From assembly GCA_964016885.1 (NCBI GenBank), contig OZ024754.1, positions 2,976,001-3,040,000 of the forward strand: a DNA stretch of 64,000 bases, read 5' to 3'. The notes below the pieces were generated by a model. The model saw nothing but the letters and a program-made list of their open reading frames with translations. It did not search any database and was not told the DNA's origin. Source of the DNA: Eledone cirrhosa (lineage: Eukaryota). The position numbers and the translations under genes are program-made. Positions 1 through 13,255 of the stretch are shown piece after piece. How positions within the stretch are numbered: position 1 is the stretch's first letter; each line of letters begins with the position of its first letter.

Positions 1-122
1 GCAACAGACAGAACCAAACTGACCAAACCCTGAAGAGTTCCTCTAGACCCTCTTAAGTCTCTCTACTGCCAGAAACATGACTGATGATGAGAAGGGTTGG
101 GTGGAAGAGTTCTTGACTAGCT

Positions 123-497
123 TCACATACACAAACATATATACATACATACATACATACATGTACATACATACATACATACATATATATGTATATATAT
201 ATATATATGCACACACATACATATATACACACATATACATACATGTACATACACGTATATATATACAGAGGGTGTAACAAATCGTCCTTGTATTATATAT
301 ATATATACACACACACAAACATATATACATATATACATACATACACATATACATACATGTACATATATATATATATATATATTCACACATACATATACAC
401 ATTCACACATACCTACACACATAAATGTACATACATACATATATATACACATACATACACATACCTACACATATAAATACACACACATACATATATT
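123..497. repeat. Compound (CA)/(TA)/(CATA) microsatellite
   Basis: Direct reading; source of the spurious ORFs at 43-476. Confidence 0.95.
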
Positions 498-1050
498 AGA
501 CACAAGGCAGCGCTAAAACATTTTTGCAAGTGTCAAAACAACACACAGGAACAACATATTGGATTCTCGTCTTTCCTTGCTCCCTCTCCCCCCTTACATA
601 GTTTACACTCACCCCCAACACCCTTATAATCCCAATTTCCACTCATATATATATACTGCTTATATTTTCTTTAGTCTTCCCCCACCACCTTATCCTAGCC
701 CCTGTCCTATCTTCTCCCTTTCATTGACATCGAGGAACTTCAGAATGGTTAAAAGTTAAAAGAAAACAAAAAACAAAAAAGAATTCCTGAATTTTAAATT
801 GTCAAAGATTTCATTTATTTCTTTTGTTGTGTTTCTTTTAGTTGTTGGTGTTGTTGTTTTCTTTTGTTTAAAAAATTTGATTCTTCTTCCATGTCATGTT
901 CTGAAGAAGAAGGGAGGAAAAAATAGGGGTGTTATTTAGAAAACAGATATCAGTAGTGGTAAGTTTGTATCTAGAGTAAGTGATAGATGTTCTCTCCTTG
1001 TGAGAATGTTCTGGTCTTAGTGGATTCTGTGGTGTACATATATATATATA

Positions 1051-1362
1051 TGGCTTAGTGGTTAGAGCATTGGCCTTGCAATCGAAAGGTTGTGAGTTCA
1101 ATTCTTAGACCGGGTGATGTGTTGTTTCCTTGAGCAAGATACTTTATTTCCCATTGCTCCAGTTTACTCAGCTGTAGAAATGAGATGATAGGGACTGGGG
1201 TCCCTATCATTCCACTGAAAAGTGGTCGTGGAGGTGCCACAGAAAAAAGCACCCAGCACTCACTGTAAATGAGGTTGGTGTTAGGAAGGGCATCCAGCTG
1301 TAGAAATCAATCCCTTGCAAGCAGGGAAAAAGCGGATGTAAAATGATGATGATGATGATGAT
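1051..1362 (+). mobile_element. tRNA-derived SINE with RTE-LINE-like (GAT)n tail
   Basis: A-box TGGCTTAGTGG, B-box GTTCAATTC, tail cccttgcaagcagggaaaaagcggatgtaaaa(tga)n; near-identical copy at 32226-32548. Confidence 0.85.
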
Positions 1363-1380
1363 ATACATACATATATATAT

Positions 1381-1506
1381 ATCATCATCATCATCAACGT
1401 TTTACGTCCGTTCTTCCATGCTAGCATGGGTTAGACGGGTTGTCCTGTTGTGGGCAGTGTCTGGTCGGCTGACCATGTGATGCTCATACAGGAACTGATT
1501 TTCGCT

Positions 1507-1550
<44 letters not shown>

Positions 1551-1740
1551 TCATCACTGTTTTACGTCCATTCTTCCACGCTAGCATGGGTTAGACGGGT
1601 TGTCCTGTTGTGGGCAATGCCAGGTCGGGTGACCTTGGCTTGATTTCTACAGCTGGATGCCCTTCCTAACACCAACCTCATTTACAGTGAGTTCTGGGTG
1701 CTATTTTTTGTCGTGACTCCTCCACGACCACTTGGCAGTG
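1381..1740 (-). mobile_element. Two tandem SINE/RTE 3'-tail fragments separated by (TA)n
   Basis: (cat)n...ttacgtccgttcttccatgctagcatgggttagacggg occurs twice; same tail at 7367, 8618, 12729, 16001, 44270, 48300, 59125 and 62314. Confidence 0.8.
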
Positions 1741-1970
1741 TGAGGGGGTGGGGGCATATTGTCTATATGCTTCATATACATATACACACACACACACACA
1801 CACATACACATATATGTATATATGATGGCTGCAACTTGATTTTAACTAATGCCATTGCTTGAGCATCATGGACATTGCTTCCTAGTCCTGCTAAGGTCTT
1901 GCCTATGGCCAGCAATGACATGCATCATAAAAAAAAAGTCACATCAAGCGATGCCTGTGCTTGAAGCTTT

Positions 1971-2187
1971 TTAACCCTTTAGCATTTAAATTACTCTATA
2001 TTTACTATTGTATTTTCATGGTAAGCACTTTATTTCACATAATTATCTCATAATATTGAATCTATGAGATTTTGATATCATCTATTTTGTGAACAATGCC
2101 ATAACATCATTGTAAGTGTCCAGGTATGGCTGGTTTGAACAGAAAGAGGTAAGGGAATTATGGCCGGTTTAAATGCTAAAGGGTTCA
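1971..2187 (-). mobile_element. piggyBac-type MITE family A (about 215-230 bp)
   Basis: TTAA|CCCTTTAGCATTTAAA ... TTTAAATGCTAAAGGG terminal inverted repeats; about 10 copies in the window. Confidence 0.85.
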
Positions 2188-2270
2188 AGTTGAGGAAAGG
2201 CTTTGCACTGAGCCAATCCCACTCTCTGAACATAGAATATGTGTGTGTGTATATATATACACATATATAT

Positions 2271-2458
2271 GTGTGTGTGTTGTGTCCCCTGAAACTTGCC
2301 GGTTCGACAAAAAAATAAACGGGATCAATAAAATAACTACCAGAGGAGAAAAAAAAACAAGTACTAAGGTTAATATATAGGATCAACTAAATCAGTGTGG
2401 TGCCCCAGCATGGCCACAGTCTGGCTGAAACAGTCAATAGAATAAAAGAATAAAGAAT
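2271..2458 (+). mobile_element. SINE 3' half with (GAATAAAA)n tail
   Basis: gtggtgccccagcatggccacagt...gaataaaagaataaagaat; related minus-strand remnant near 42535-42710. Confidence 0.6.
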
Positions 2459-2799
2459 GTTCTATGAAAATATTGAAGTTAATATAATTTACCACACCAG
2501 AATTAATATGATTTGTAATCTCTTTTGTCATCTATTTTTCCTTCTGGTTGTGATATGCCACTTGAATCAATTCTAGTCCTTCGCTAACACTTTAATATTA
2601 ATAGCCTTTCAAAAACCATTGCTAAATGTACGAGACTTACAGTAACAATCGATGGTGATGGAGTGTCCGCGTTCTTTCACACTTTCCATTTAAAGTTTCA
2701 CCATTAGCTCTGTTAAATTAATTACCTTGTGAATGCTTGGTGAATCAGTCATGAGTTTCACCTGTGAGTATTTATTCTCTACTAGTTGTGCGGATTTTT

Positions 2800-3238
2800 G
2801 AAGACCGGTAATAAAACACTCTGAGATGAGAGAGTCACTCAAGGTAGAGTCGCTACTTCTCCAAATTGAGAGATCACAGCTCTGATACTATGGACATGTC
2901 ATTAGAATGTCTCAGGAGATTAGAGAGTCACTCAAGGTAGAGTCGCTACTTCTCCAAATTGAGAGATCACAGCTCTGATACTATGGACATATTAGAATGT
3001 CTCAGGAGATCAGAGAGTCACTCAAGGTAGAGCTGCTGCTTCTCCAAATTGAGAGATCACAGCTCTGATACTATGGACATATTAAAATATCTCAGGAGAT
3101 CAGAGAGTCACTCAAGGTAGAGCTGCTGCTTCTCTGAATTGAGAGATCACAGCTCCGACACTATGGGCATGTTGTTAGAATGTCTCAGGAAAGAATTGCT
3201 GGGCAGATTGTATGGGCAAAGCCAACTGGCACAGACTA
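2800..3238 (+). mobile_element. RTE-clade LINE fragment (RT C-terminus) with a ~90-bp segment repeated four times in tandem
   Basis: Translates RESLKVESLLLQIERSQL*YYGHVIRMSQE...RIAGQIVWAKPTG, the ERSQLRWxGHxxRM motif of Rex3/Expander-type RTEs; units start near 2830, 2923, 3013 and 3103. Confidence 0.8.
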
Positions 3239-3324
3239 AATATATATATGTGTGAGAGTCTGTGTATAAATATATATATATATATATACATACACACACA
3301 CTCTCACACATGCATGTGTGTGTA

Positions 3325-3545
3325 TTTATCATCGTCATTGATTTTCTGTCCGTTTTTTCCCCCACTTCCAAGCGTTAGACGGGTCCTTTTCGGCACAGAG
3401 TCTCTCCACTTGTCGCGTTTCTTCGTCATCTCCTCTGTGAGTCTCAGCGATATTTTTAGGTCAGCTCTCACCACCTCTGCCCAGGTCTTTCTCAGTCTAC
3501 CTCTACTGCAGATCCCTTCCACTGACATTTCTTCACCCATTGATC
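3325..3545 (-). mobile_element. RTE LINE 3' end
   Basis: VEGICSRGRLRKTWAEVVRADLKISLRLTEEMTKKRDKWR matches the RTE ORF C-terminal motif RGRPxKTW...DRxxWR; followed by a (GAT)-like tail. Confidence 0.85.
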
Positions 3546-3684
<139 letters not shown>

Positions 3685-4327
3685 CTTCTTCAGCAGAGTT
3701 TACACTCGCAAAAAAATATATATGTATATACACACACACACTGTGTGTACCTATACACATATAAACTGTTTTAACACCACTGGCTTCCAATTTTAGACGA
3801 ACATTTTTAATTCCCATCCCTCTCCATTTTGTAATAAACTACCAGATCACCGATTTTGGTAGTTTTACACATCTATTATCTTTTTTTTTTTTTTTTGTAA
3901 TTTTTGTATTTTTTTTGTTTGTTTCAAACCACACTGAGATATTAAGAAGTTTAAAATAGGACCCACTGTTGCATTATTTCTTGTTGTAGAGCAAAACTTG
4001 TTGGCTATCATCAACATTACCATTTGACTATATTTATTGCAAAGAAACATTGCCGGAAGGGTGCTGGCTGCTGCTGCTGCTACTACTACTACTACTACTA
4101 CTATTGCTATTACTACTACTACTACTACTACTATTACTAGTGTTGAAGAATTTAGCCTGTAGAAAGTGAAAATTGGCCAGCTGTATTATTTCCCTTTGTT
4201 GTGTCTCACAACCAAACCAATATAAGAAAAAATTACTAATACAAAACAAGGCAGAAAAACAGGAAAAATAATATAAGTATATGTATGTGTGTGTATATAT
4301 ACATATATATGTGTGTGTGTGTGTATA

Positions 4328-4390
<63 letters not shown>

Positions 4391-4417
4391 GTGTGTGCAA
4401 TGTATGTGTATGTATGC

Positions 4418-4454
<37 letters not shown>

Positions 4455-4852
4455 AGCTAGTAATGCAATAGTTGCCAGTAGTTCAGCAAGCGTCGTTATT
4501 TGTGGATTTACAAATGGAACAGTTAGAAAATCGTACATCCCTGTCAATAATGGGAAATATTTCACTATCTCCATTATTTTACACACTTCCTGTACACACA
4601 TACACTTCGACACATGTATATATGCATACATACACACACATACATGCATGCATTCTTGCACACATACACACACACACAGATGCACACATACATACATGCA
4701 TGCTTACACACACATACACATACACATTCACACATACAGACATACACATACCCACATGCATGCTTTTGCACATACATACCCACCCAGTTTTTTTGGAATC
4801 TGGCTATTATTGATTATAGGGAGACAAATATAAATGAAATGGGGTAGCTATA

Positions 4853-5290
4853 AATATAACAGTTTATCTGGACCTCTACTGTCAATATAACAGTTTATCT
4901 AATTCAGTGGACCTCTTCTGTCAACATAACAGTTTATCTGGACCTCATCTGTCAATATAACAGTTTATCTGGACCTCTACTGTCAATATAAGTTTATCTG
5001 GACTTTTACTGTCAATATAAGTTTATCTGGACTTTTACTGTCAATATAAGTTCATCTGGACCTTTACTGTCAATATAACAGTTTATCTGGACCTTTACTG
5101 TCAATATAACAGTTTATCTGGACCTTTACTGTCAATATAAGTTTATCTGGACCTCTACTGTCAATATAACTGTTTATCTGGACCTCTATTGTCAATATAA
5201 CTGTTTATCTGGACCTCTATTGTCAATATAACAGTTTATCTGAACCTCTACTGTCAATATAACAGTTTATCTGGACCTCTATTGTCAATA
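4853..5290. repeat. Minisatellite, 27-29-bp unit gtttatctggacctctactgtcaatataaca, about 15 copies
   Basis: Direct tandem periodicity. Confidence 0.95.
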
Positions 5291-6082
5291 ATATACCGTC
5301 TTCCTGTGGTAATTTTATCCTCGGTACCACCAACACTGTGTGGCTCAAGGTAGCGACTATATTTGACACAGCTTACCATTTTTATTCATATATTTATTTA
5401 TCCCCCTCCTTTGCCCTCTCCCTCCCTCTGCCATTCCCTACCCCCCTATATTTTATTGTTTATTAAATCAACATAAAATTGTTACTGCAATGTCAAAGTT
5501 GCACTATTTTGTTTTATATAGCTGCTGTTGTTGTTGCTGTTGATTTTTAATTTATCTATTTTATATATATTTAGCTGAATTACATTCTACTGAATAATGC
5601 AGCTACTTTTGTTATTTTTTTAATACTATTTTTTCTAGTACAATAACAGAAATGCTTCTTCTTTTTTTCTCTCTTTTCTTTCCTTGTTTTTGTTTTGTTT
5701 TGTTTTGTTTTGTTTTACCAAGTTTAGCTGTTGCTTTTTGGTGTGGCCATGTCATTCCTAATTATATTTACATTTCTCATTGCCAGAAATATTTCGGAAC
5801 CTTTTGTATATTAATTAGACAAAATACAATAACTTTGTCGCTTGTATCTCACTAATAATAAATGCATTAGAGATCATCGTCATTGAGTTCTTATCTTTTT
5901 TGCTCTGCTTACATTGGCTTAATGGAGTAAGCTTTATAGAAATAATCTTGATCTACTATAATATCAACTATGATGATGATAATCACCCTGCCCACCATCC
6001 TCACCACCACCACCATTTTTATACCAACTAAAGTAATGGCTGTATGGTTAAATTATTATATTATTGACCAGTTGACCTAAGC

Positions 6083-6661
6083 TTAACCCTTTCCGTGCTG
6101 ACCCAACTCTGAACCTCCTCTAATTCTATGAAATAAAATCAGCCATTTTAAATGGTTCCTATTTAAACTAAAAACTTCTAATGTAATTTTGTTATTAAAA
6201 ATCTTTTCATACAAATACCACTTAGTTATTTAATAATAATTTCTAATTTAGGCCCAGTGTCAGTATTTTTGTGGAGAGGGGATGCTAAATTATATCGACT
6301 TCTCCCCCAGTACTTGACTGGTACTTTATTTTATCAACTTTGAAAAGATGAAAAGCAAAATTGACCTTGGCAGGGTTTGAACTGAGAAGATAGAGCCAGA
6401 TAAATACTGCTTCCCATTCTTAAAAATTCTTTGAATATCATTTGAAATATGGTAACAAAAGGGTTAAGCTTTTTGATACCAAATCACCAGAAACTGCTCT
6501 GATTCTATGATACAAAACAGTTTGTTTTAAAGTGGTTATATTTATCTAAATTTCATGTTCCATCACCATGTTAATGAGAAAGTTAGTTGTTCAAATCCTT
6601 GATTATTTTCAAAATCACAGACAGTATCTTTCATGAGAGAAAATGGTAACAAAATGGTTAG
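6083..6661 (+). mobile_element. Two tandem piggyBac-type MITEs of family B sharing a TTAA; the first carries a nested minus-strand SINE (about 6243-6410)
   Basis: ttaacccttt...ggtaacaaaagggttaa, then ttaagctttttgatacc...ggtaacaaaatggtta; homologous to 50622-50878. Confidence 0.7.
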
Positions 6662-7090
6662 GTGATTGTTAACTGGCTCTAGAACTTTCTAGGAGAAAAC
6701 CTACACAATATACATTGGTCATACGTGGTCAAGGTTCAAGATATTTTATAGACTTTACTATGAGTAAAAGAAACAGACAAAAAACACTCTTGGACCCCCC
6801 CCCCCCCCCCCCGTTCCATATTTCACAGTTGCTGTATTTAGCAATAGGAATGTCATTCAGCTATACAAACAGTTTCTCTTCCAGTAGCACCACCACCAAC
6901 AACAACAACAAATAAAACATTAGTTTAAAGCTATGAAACAGTTTTATCTTTTCTTCCTCTTCTAGACTGGGTATTTATACAATCTACAACTTTACTCTTA
7001 TCTTTTCTTCTTTCTCCTCACCACAAAATTTCTAATTAGGTTTTCGATGCTTAACTGTCAGTGTTTTTCAGTAATTAACCTCAATTCTTT

Positions 7091-7142
<52 letters not shown>

Positions 7143-7160
7143 GTGTGTGTGTTTGTTTAT

Positions 7161-7353
7161 ATATTTAATATAGAAAAGCCTTTTACAAGATTAGAACTGT
7201 TTCATTCAAAGGAAATCACCGGCTTTCTTGAGGATTTTCTTCAAATGAAACAGTTCTAGTCCTGTAGAAGCCTTTTCTATATTAAATATCTATACTCTGC
7301 TATATATTGAGCACTTTATTTACTGTGGTTACGCCCAATTGAACTCGGGATAC
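7161..7353 (+). mobile_element. Penelope-like pLTR fragment with fold-back inversion and degenerate hammerhead (family H1)
   Basis: Imperfect inverted repeat 7161-7289; right arm gctttc-TTGAGGA-...-GAAACAG...CTGTA-gaag; homologous to 58949-59108. Confidence 0.7.
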
Positions 7354-7560
7354 GCATATATATATATCATCATCATCAAGTAACGTTTATCTTCCACGCT
7401 AGCATGGGTTAGATGGGTTTGTCCCATTTAGAGGCAAATTGGGCCGGGTGACTCATATAGGAGTGTTTCTGACTGGTTTTCTATGGCTGGATGCCCTTCC
7501 TAACGCCAACCACATTGACAGCATGTGTTGGGTGCTTTTTGCTATATATATGTAATCAAG

Positions 7561-7660
7561 TTTAATATAGAAATGACTTCTACAGGACTAGAACTGTTTC
7601 ATTCAAAATAAATCACCAGGAAAGCACTCTCCTAATGTATTGAGTACCTTACTAACTGTA
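7561..7660. mobile_element. Family H1 insertion with a non-overlapping 5' inversion
   Basis: 7561-7625 is the reverse complement of the ribozyme segment (core CTGGTGA); 7626-7660 is the sense 3' end (actc...gtattgagtacc). Confidence 0.7.
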
Positions 7661-7680
7661 AACTAAAATAAAAACTTAAG

Positions 7681-7909
7681 TTAACCCTTTAACATTTAAA
7701 CTGGCCATATCCGTCCAGAATTCTCTCACCTCTTTCTGTTCAAACCAGCTGTAACTGTCCACTCATACCGATGTTAAGGTATTGTTCGCAAAATAAATGA
7801 TATCAAAATCTCATGGATTCAATATTATGTGAAATAATTATGTGCGTTAAAGCCTTTACCATGAAAATACAACAGTAAATATAGAGTAATGTAAATGCTA
7901 AAGGGCTAA
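7681..7909 (+). mobile_element. piggyBac-type MITE family A
   Basis: ttaaccctttaacatttaaa ... gtaaatgctaaagggctaa. Confidence 0.85.
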
Positions 7910-8201
7910 GCAAAAATATTTTAAATTTAAAGTACTGTGTAGCACCATTTCAAAGCTAAGCGGTAGTATTTTGATGTGCACAGCACCAATACAACAACTG
8001 CACAGTTGCATTGCTTAAAGGTGAGAGTTGGTTGTCAGATAAAAATCCCGACCTGGTGTGGAAGGTCATCGTTGAGTAAATTACTGCTATAACTCGTAGA
8101 ATGTTTCTTATATAATAATTTGTTGCAGTGGCTTTGATAATCTGATTTCTTTTAACATGATTCAACGATAAGATTTCTATTGGTGGAGAAGTTCTACTTG
8201 A

Positions 8202-8430
8202 TTAACCCTTTAATGTTCAAACCGGCCAAAACCGGCCAGAATTCTCTACCCCTTTCTGTTGAAACTGGCTGTAACCGGTCGCTCAAACTGATGTTAAGGT
8301 ATTATTCTCAAAATAAATACTTTTAAAAATCTCATAGATTCAATATTATGTGAGATAATTATGCGAGGTAAAGCCTTTACCATGAAAATATAATAGTATA
8401 TATAGAGTAATGTGAATGCTAAAGGGTTAA
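8202..8430 (+). mobile_element. piggyBac-type MITE family A
   Basis: TTAA at both ends; TIRs ccctttaatg/gctaaaggg. Confidence 0.85.
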
Positions 8431-8949
8431 ATTGATTTCAGTATATTACTGGTATCTATTTATTTATCTTGTCAAGTTGGCCAAGGTTTTGAACTCACAA
8501 GAATAGTTGAGGAAACAAGTGAAGCGTGATATAGCATCTATAGAATATTGCTTCTTGACGGCTTTACTAATATATATATATATATGTGTGTATATATGTA
8601 TGTGTTTGTGTGTGTGTCATCATCATCATCATCATCATCGTTTAACGTCTATCTTCCACGCTAGCATGGGTTTAGACGGGGGTGTGTGTATATATATATG
8701 TGTGTGTATGTGTGTATATATATATGTGTGTGTGTGCATATCTGTGTATACATATGTGTATGTGTGTGTGTAAATACATATATATATCTGTGTGTATATA
8801 TATATATCTGTATATGTATCTGTATGTGTATATATTTATAGGTATATCTATATATATATATACATATCTATGTGTATGTGTGTATGTATATATATATATA
8901 TATATATATTTATAAGTTTATGTATATATGTGTTTTATAATTTTTAGTG

Positions 8950-8980
<31 letters not shown>

Positions 8981-9017
8981 TTATAAGTTTATGTATATAT
9001 GTGTTTTATAATTTTTA

Positions 9018-9069
<52 letters not shown>

Positions 9070-10025
9070 ATATATTTACATATGTATATATACATCTATG
9101 TATGTATAATTTTTACTTTCTTTTGACACAAGGTTGTTTTTGTAATGAAGGAGTGTAGAATATAATGATAATATATAGACTGTATAGCCTATCATTTTCT
9201 ACAATACTGCAATTTAAGAATTTTCTTAAATATATTTACATTTGCTTCCCACAGTTATTGTACGAGTGGATAATTTTGAGACATTTATTTGTTGTTTCTT
9301 GTACTTCTGGAGAAAACGAAAAGAAAAAAAAAATGTTTTTAGAAAACTCTTGTAATTTGACTATAAGTATGTATTACATACACAGCAAAGCTACTCATGA
9401 CTAAACTTAAGATCATTTCCTTCATGAGAGGTAAGGTGTGGTGTAGTGTGGAGTATAGTATAATATAGTGTGGTGTGGTGAGAGCAGCAGGACATTATCT
9501 GAAGCTAGGTTGTAGTAGACATAAGTTAGGTCAGCTAATATTACAAGGAATACTAGAAGTTTCAGCTAGAATGTAATCAGTTCATTGTTCCATTGAGTGT
9601 ATATGACTAGCGCTAGCATGGTAAGATCCTGATATAGATTTACTGATCAATATATATACAAGATGAGTTCCTTTATGCTTGTCATACATATAGCTTAACT
9701 TGCTGCCATTTTAGAATAACTGCAGTTCTTTTAGACCAGCAAATTGAAGTACATCGGTCTTTTTTCTTTTCTTTCTTTTCTCCTTCTTCATCGTCTTCTC
9801 CTCCTCCTCCTCCTTCATCTTCATCTGCTTCGTCTTCTTTGCTTTAGAGGCGAAATGGTTTTCAGCAACTGTGTCTATTAGGAATCTATCTAAATTTACA
9901 CCATCTCTTCATATATTCAATTAAATCTTCACTCTTTATTTGTTATCAACTCAGAAATAGGTTTATAGAACCAGCACAATTCAAGATGTGCAGATTCATC
10001 ACATTTCTATCCTTTTCCAACCTTC

Positions 10026-10056
<31 letters not shown>

Positions 10057-10421
10057 TACATACGTATCCTCATCCTCGTTCGGTTTACCATGTTTCTCTT
10101 CCATGCAGCATCACATTTTTCTACACGGGCATCATATAATCTGCCCTTCACCTGTTGAGAGAATCCTGTTGTTACCACTAGAGGTTATAGCTCCCCCCTA
10201 CTTCCCTCTCCCCCTTTTCCACTGCTAATTAGGTCACCTAGGTATCAGAAGCTCTTGAAATAATTAATTTTATGGGTGTTCTTAACCCTTTAGCATTTGT
10301 TGCTGGTTGAATTTGTATTCTGATATTTTTCTAAATTAATTGTTCTCTATAGTTGCAAGGCATGGCTGTGTGGTTAAGAAGTTCACTTTGGTTTTCAAAT
10401 TCCCCCAAACTGTGTGGTACC

Positions 10422-10590
10422 TTAACCCTTTAACATTTAAACCAGCCATATCCAGCCAGAATTCTCTCACCTCTTTCTGTTCAAGTTGGCCATAACTGGC
10501 CACTCATACTGACATTAATGTATTATTCTCAGAATAACTAATAACATCATCAACATCTCGTAGATTCCATACATGGAGAGTAAAGCAGGT
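10422..10590 (+). mobile_element. Truncated MITE family A inserted after a tRNA-like SINE head (about 10358-10421)
   Basis: ttaaccctttaacatttaaaccagccatatccagccagaattctctcacc... Confidence 0.75.
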
Positions 10591-11452
10591 ACTGGCACAT
10601 GTTGCAGTGCAGTATGTATCCAGTTTGGAATAAGTGGGTACACTGTATTCCTGTGCCGTAAGAAGTTGCACACACACAAGTGTGTGTGACAGGAAGGACA
10701 TCTGGCTGTAAATCATTGCCCCAGAAAGTCTGACCCATGCCAGCATTGAAAATTCAATGTAAAAAGGCTGATGTTGATACTTGATCTGTTCTCATCTATT
10801 GTACTGAAGTAAACCTACTAAACTGAGATCAGTGTACAATGTAACCTCATTACTCAAATACTATTTACTTAGAGGAATGTCTAGCTTGGTAAACCAAAGC
10901 AAGGTTTGAACCTGATACCAGAGTACCATCTTCAGCTTTTTAGAGCTTGTTTTACACCCAATATATAAATCATCACGTGTAAGCATAAATAAGTGTGACA
11001 CTTGACCTCAAATATGTAATTTCACCTCCTTCCACCCTGGCTGTAAGTTTATCTCCTAACACCTGTGATTATGTTAAGGAAAACTACCAACATTCAGCCC
11101 TTCTAGATTACATGGGAACTTGTTTAAAAAGAAATCTGACTGCTAATTACAAACTTCTAAAGCCAGTGTTTTTCTTCTGAACAATTTGTTTACTGTTCAG
11201 TGAGCTGAGAAAATGTTGACTCGTTCATCTGTGCTTATTTTCTTCATTGCTTATATTCTTTCTTGGCTGAAGTTAGCTTTCTATACAAATCTGGTCTCTT
11301 GATCAGATTTTGTTTAATAAATTTTATAATAAAAGTCATCGTCTATCAACTATAATAATATACCATGTGCATTTGTATCATCATCATTTTGTCTGCTTTT
11401 CTATGCTTGCATGGGTTGGATGGGCCTTCTCTAGTACAGCTTCCCTTCACTC

Positions 11453-11503
<51 letters not shown>

Positions 11504-11890
11504 GATGATGATATGCCCTTCTTTAACATTTGCACACATTCACATACTATACAATTTCTATATTAGTCATGTTGCTACAATAAGACATTTGCTTTCCAAT
11601 CACAAGGTCCTGGGTTCTAACCCTACATTTGTCTCCGTATAATACTTATTTCTCCAAAGTTATTAATATATTTAATCCTGTTTGTTATTTGTACATACAT
11701 GTCGAACATTTACGTAATTACATCCTAGAAATAAATGATTAAAATACAATTCTTATCTTTAATCACTTCCACGTGACAGTAATCAACCTAAACTATAGGG
11801 TTTCTCTTATGGAAACCATTGATTTATTAAAATGCAAATTTTCCAGTTTATAATAGATCTGACTAAAATCTATTTTTCTAATTGTTTCAG

Positions 11891-11962
11891 GGATTTACAG
11901 AGTAACAAAATAATGGATATCCATCCCAGTGATTTCAATGGATTTGTTAAATTAAAGAAATT
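11891..11962 (+). CDS. Internal 72-nt coding exon, one leucine-rich repeat (xDLQSNKIMDIHPSDFNGFVKLKK-L) of an LRIG/lambik-like LRR receptor
   Basis: Acceptor ...tctaattgtttcag| and donor |gtaagt; exactly 72 nt, phase 2 at both ends; open frame fits the extracellular LRR consensus LxLxxNxIxxIxxxxFxxLxxLxxL. Confidence 0.93.
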
Positions 11963-12012
11963 GTAAGTATTGGCAGCTTTTTATAAAGTGTATTTCATTG
12001 GCTCTCTCCTGG

Positions 12013-12320
12013 GGTGTGTGTGTGTGTGTTTGTGTGAGTGTATGACAGCTTGTGTGGTGTGTGTGTGTGTGTTTGTGTGAGTGTATGACAGCTTGTGTGT
12101 GTGTGTGTGTGTGTGTTTGTGTGAGTGTATGACAGCTTGTGTGATGTGTGTGTGTGTGTTTGTGTGAGTGTATGACAGCTTGTGTGTGTGTGTGTGTGTG
12201 TTTGTGTGAGTGTATGACAGCTTGTGTGGTGTGTGTGTGTGTGTTTGTGTGAGTGTATGACAGCTTGTGTGATGTGTGTGTGTGTCTGTTTGTATGAGTG
12301 TATGACAGCTTGTGTGTATG
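12013..12320. repeat. (TG)n-spaced minisatellite with core tttgtgtgagtgtatgacagcttgtgtg, starting 50 bp downstream of the first exon
   Basis: Core recurs about 7 times with variable (TG)n. Confidence 0.9.
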
Positions 12321-12728
12321 TTACTGTGATTGTATGTGTATGCTTGTGTGTGTGTGTATATATGTTTGTATGTGAGTGTATGTGACTGCGTGTGTATGTG
12401 TATGCTTGTGTGTGTTCATGTAATTGCTTGTGTGTGTGTCTATGTGTCTGCCTGTGTGTGTGTACTGAGATTGAAGTGACAAAGTATATATTTATTGTCA
12501 AAAACATTATTTATAACCTTTTTCTTGTTTTTATTTTGTTTTTTGTTTGGTATTTACATCATTTCATAAGATTATCTATATAAACAAAACACCTGCTTGG
12601 TTTCTTTTTCAATACCAAAACAATATTTACACATTAAACATTTTTGGTGGTTGGGGAAAATATTACTAAGAGAAAAAAAAAATGTTTTTTTTGTTAAATA
12701 TTTAATATAATATATATATATATTTATA

Positions 12729-13255
12729 TCATCATCGCTAGCATGGGTTAGACAAGTTCTCCGGTTGTGAAATAGGCCAGGTCAGATGACCTTGTCTTGC
12801 TCAAACAGAACTGATCTTGGTTTGGTTTCTACAGCTGGATGCTCTTCCTAATATCAACCACATTTACAGTGTGGACTGGGTGCTTTTTGTTGTGACACCT
12901 ACATGGCCACTTTACAGTGTGGACTGGGTGCTTTTTGTTGTGACACCTACATGGCCACTTTACAGTGTGTATTGGGTGCTTTTTGTTGTGACATCAACAT
13001 GACCACTTTACAGTGTGGACTGGGTGCTTTTTGTTATGACACCAACATGACCACTTTACAGTGTGGACTGGGTGCTTTTTGTTATGACACCAACATGACC
13101 ACTTTACAGTGTGGACTGGGTGCTTTTTTCATGACACCTACACAACCATTTACAGTAAGGAATGGGTACTTTTTGTCGTGACTTCTACACAACCACATTT
13201 ACAGTGTGTACTGGGTGCTTTTTGTTGTGATATCAACACAACTTTACAGTGTAAG
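12729..13255 (-). repeat. SINE whose internal ~48-bp segment is tandemly amplified about 9 times
   Basis: Unit ccactttacagtgtggactgggtgctttttgttgtgacaccaacatga is the reverse complement of SINE body aaaaaagcacccagcactcactgtaaatg (1243-1272). Confidence 0.85.

Noticed and set aside
1051-1125. Possible tRNA gene (also 32232, 39680, 47287)
   Set aside because: A and B boxes are present but there is no complete cloverleaf, and the sequence continues into a SINE body and tail
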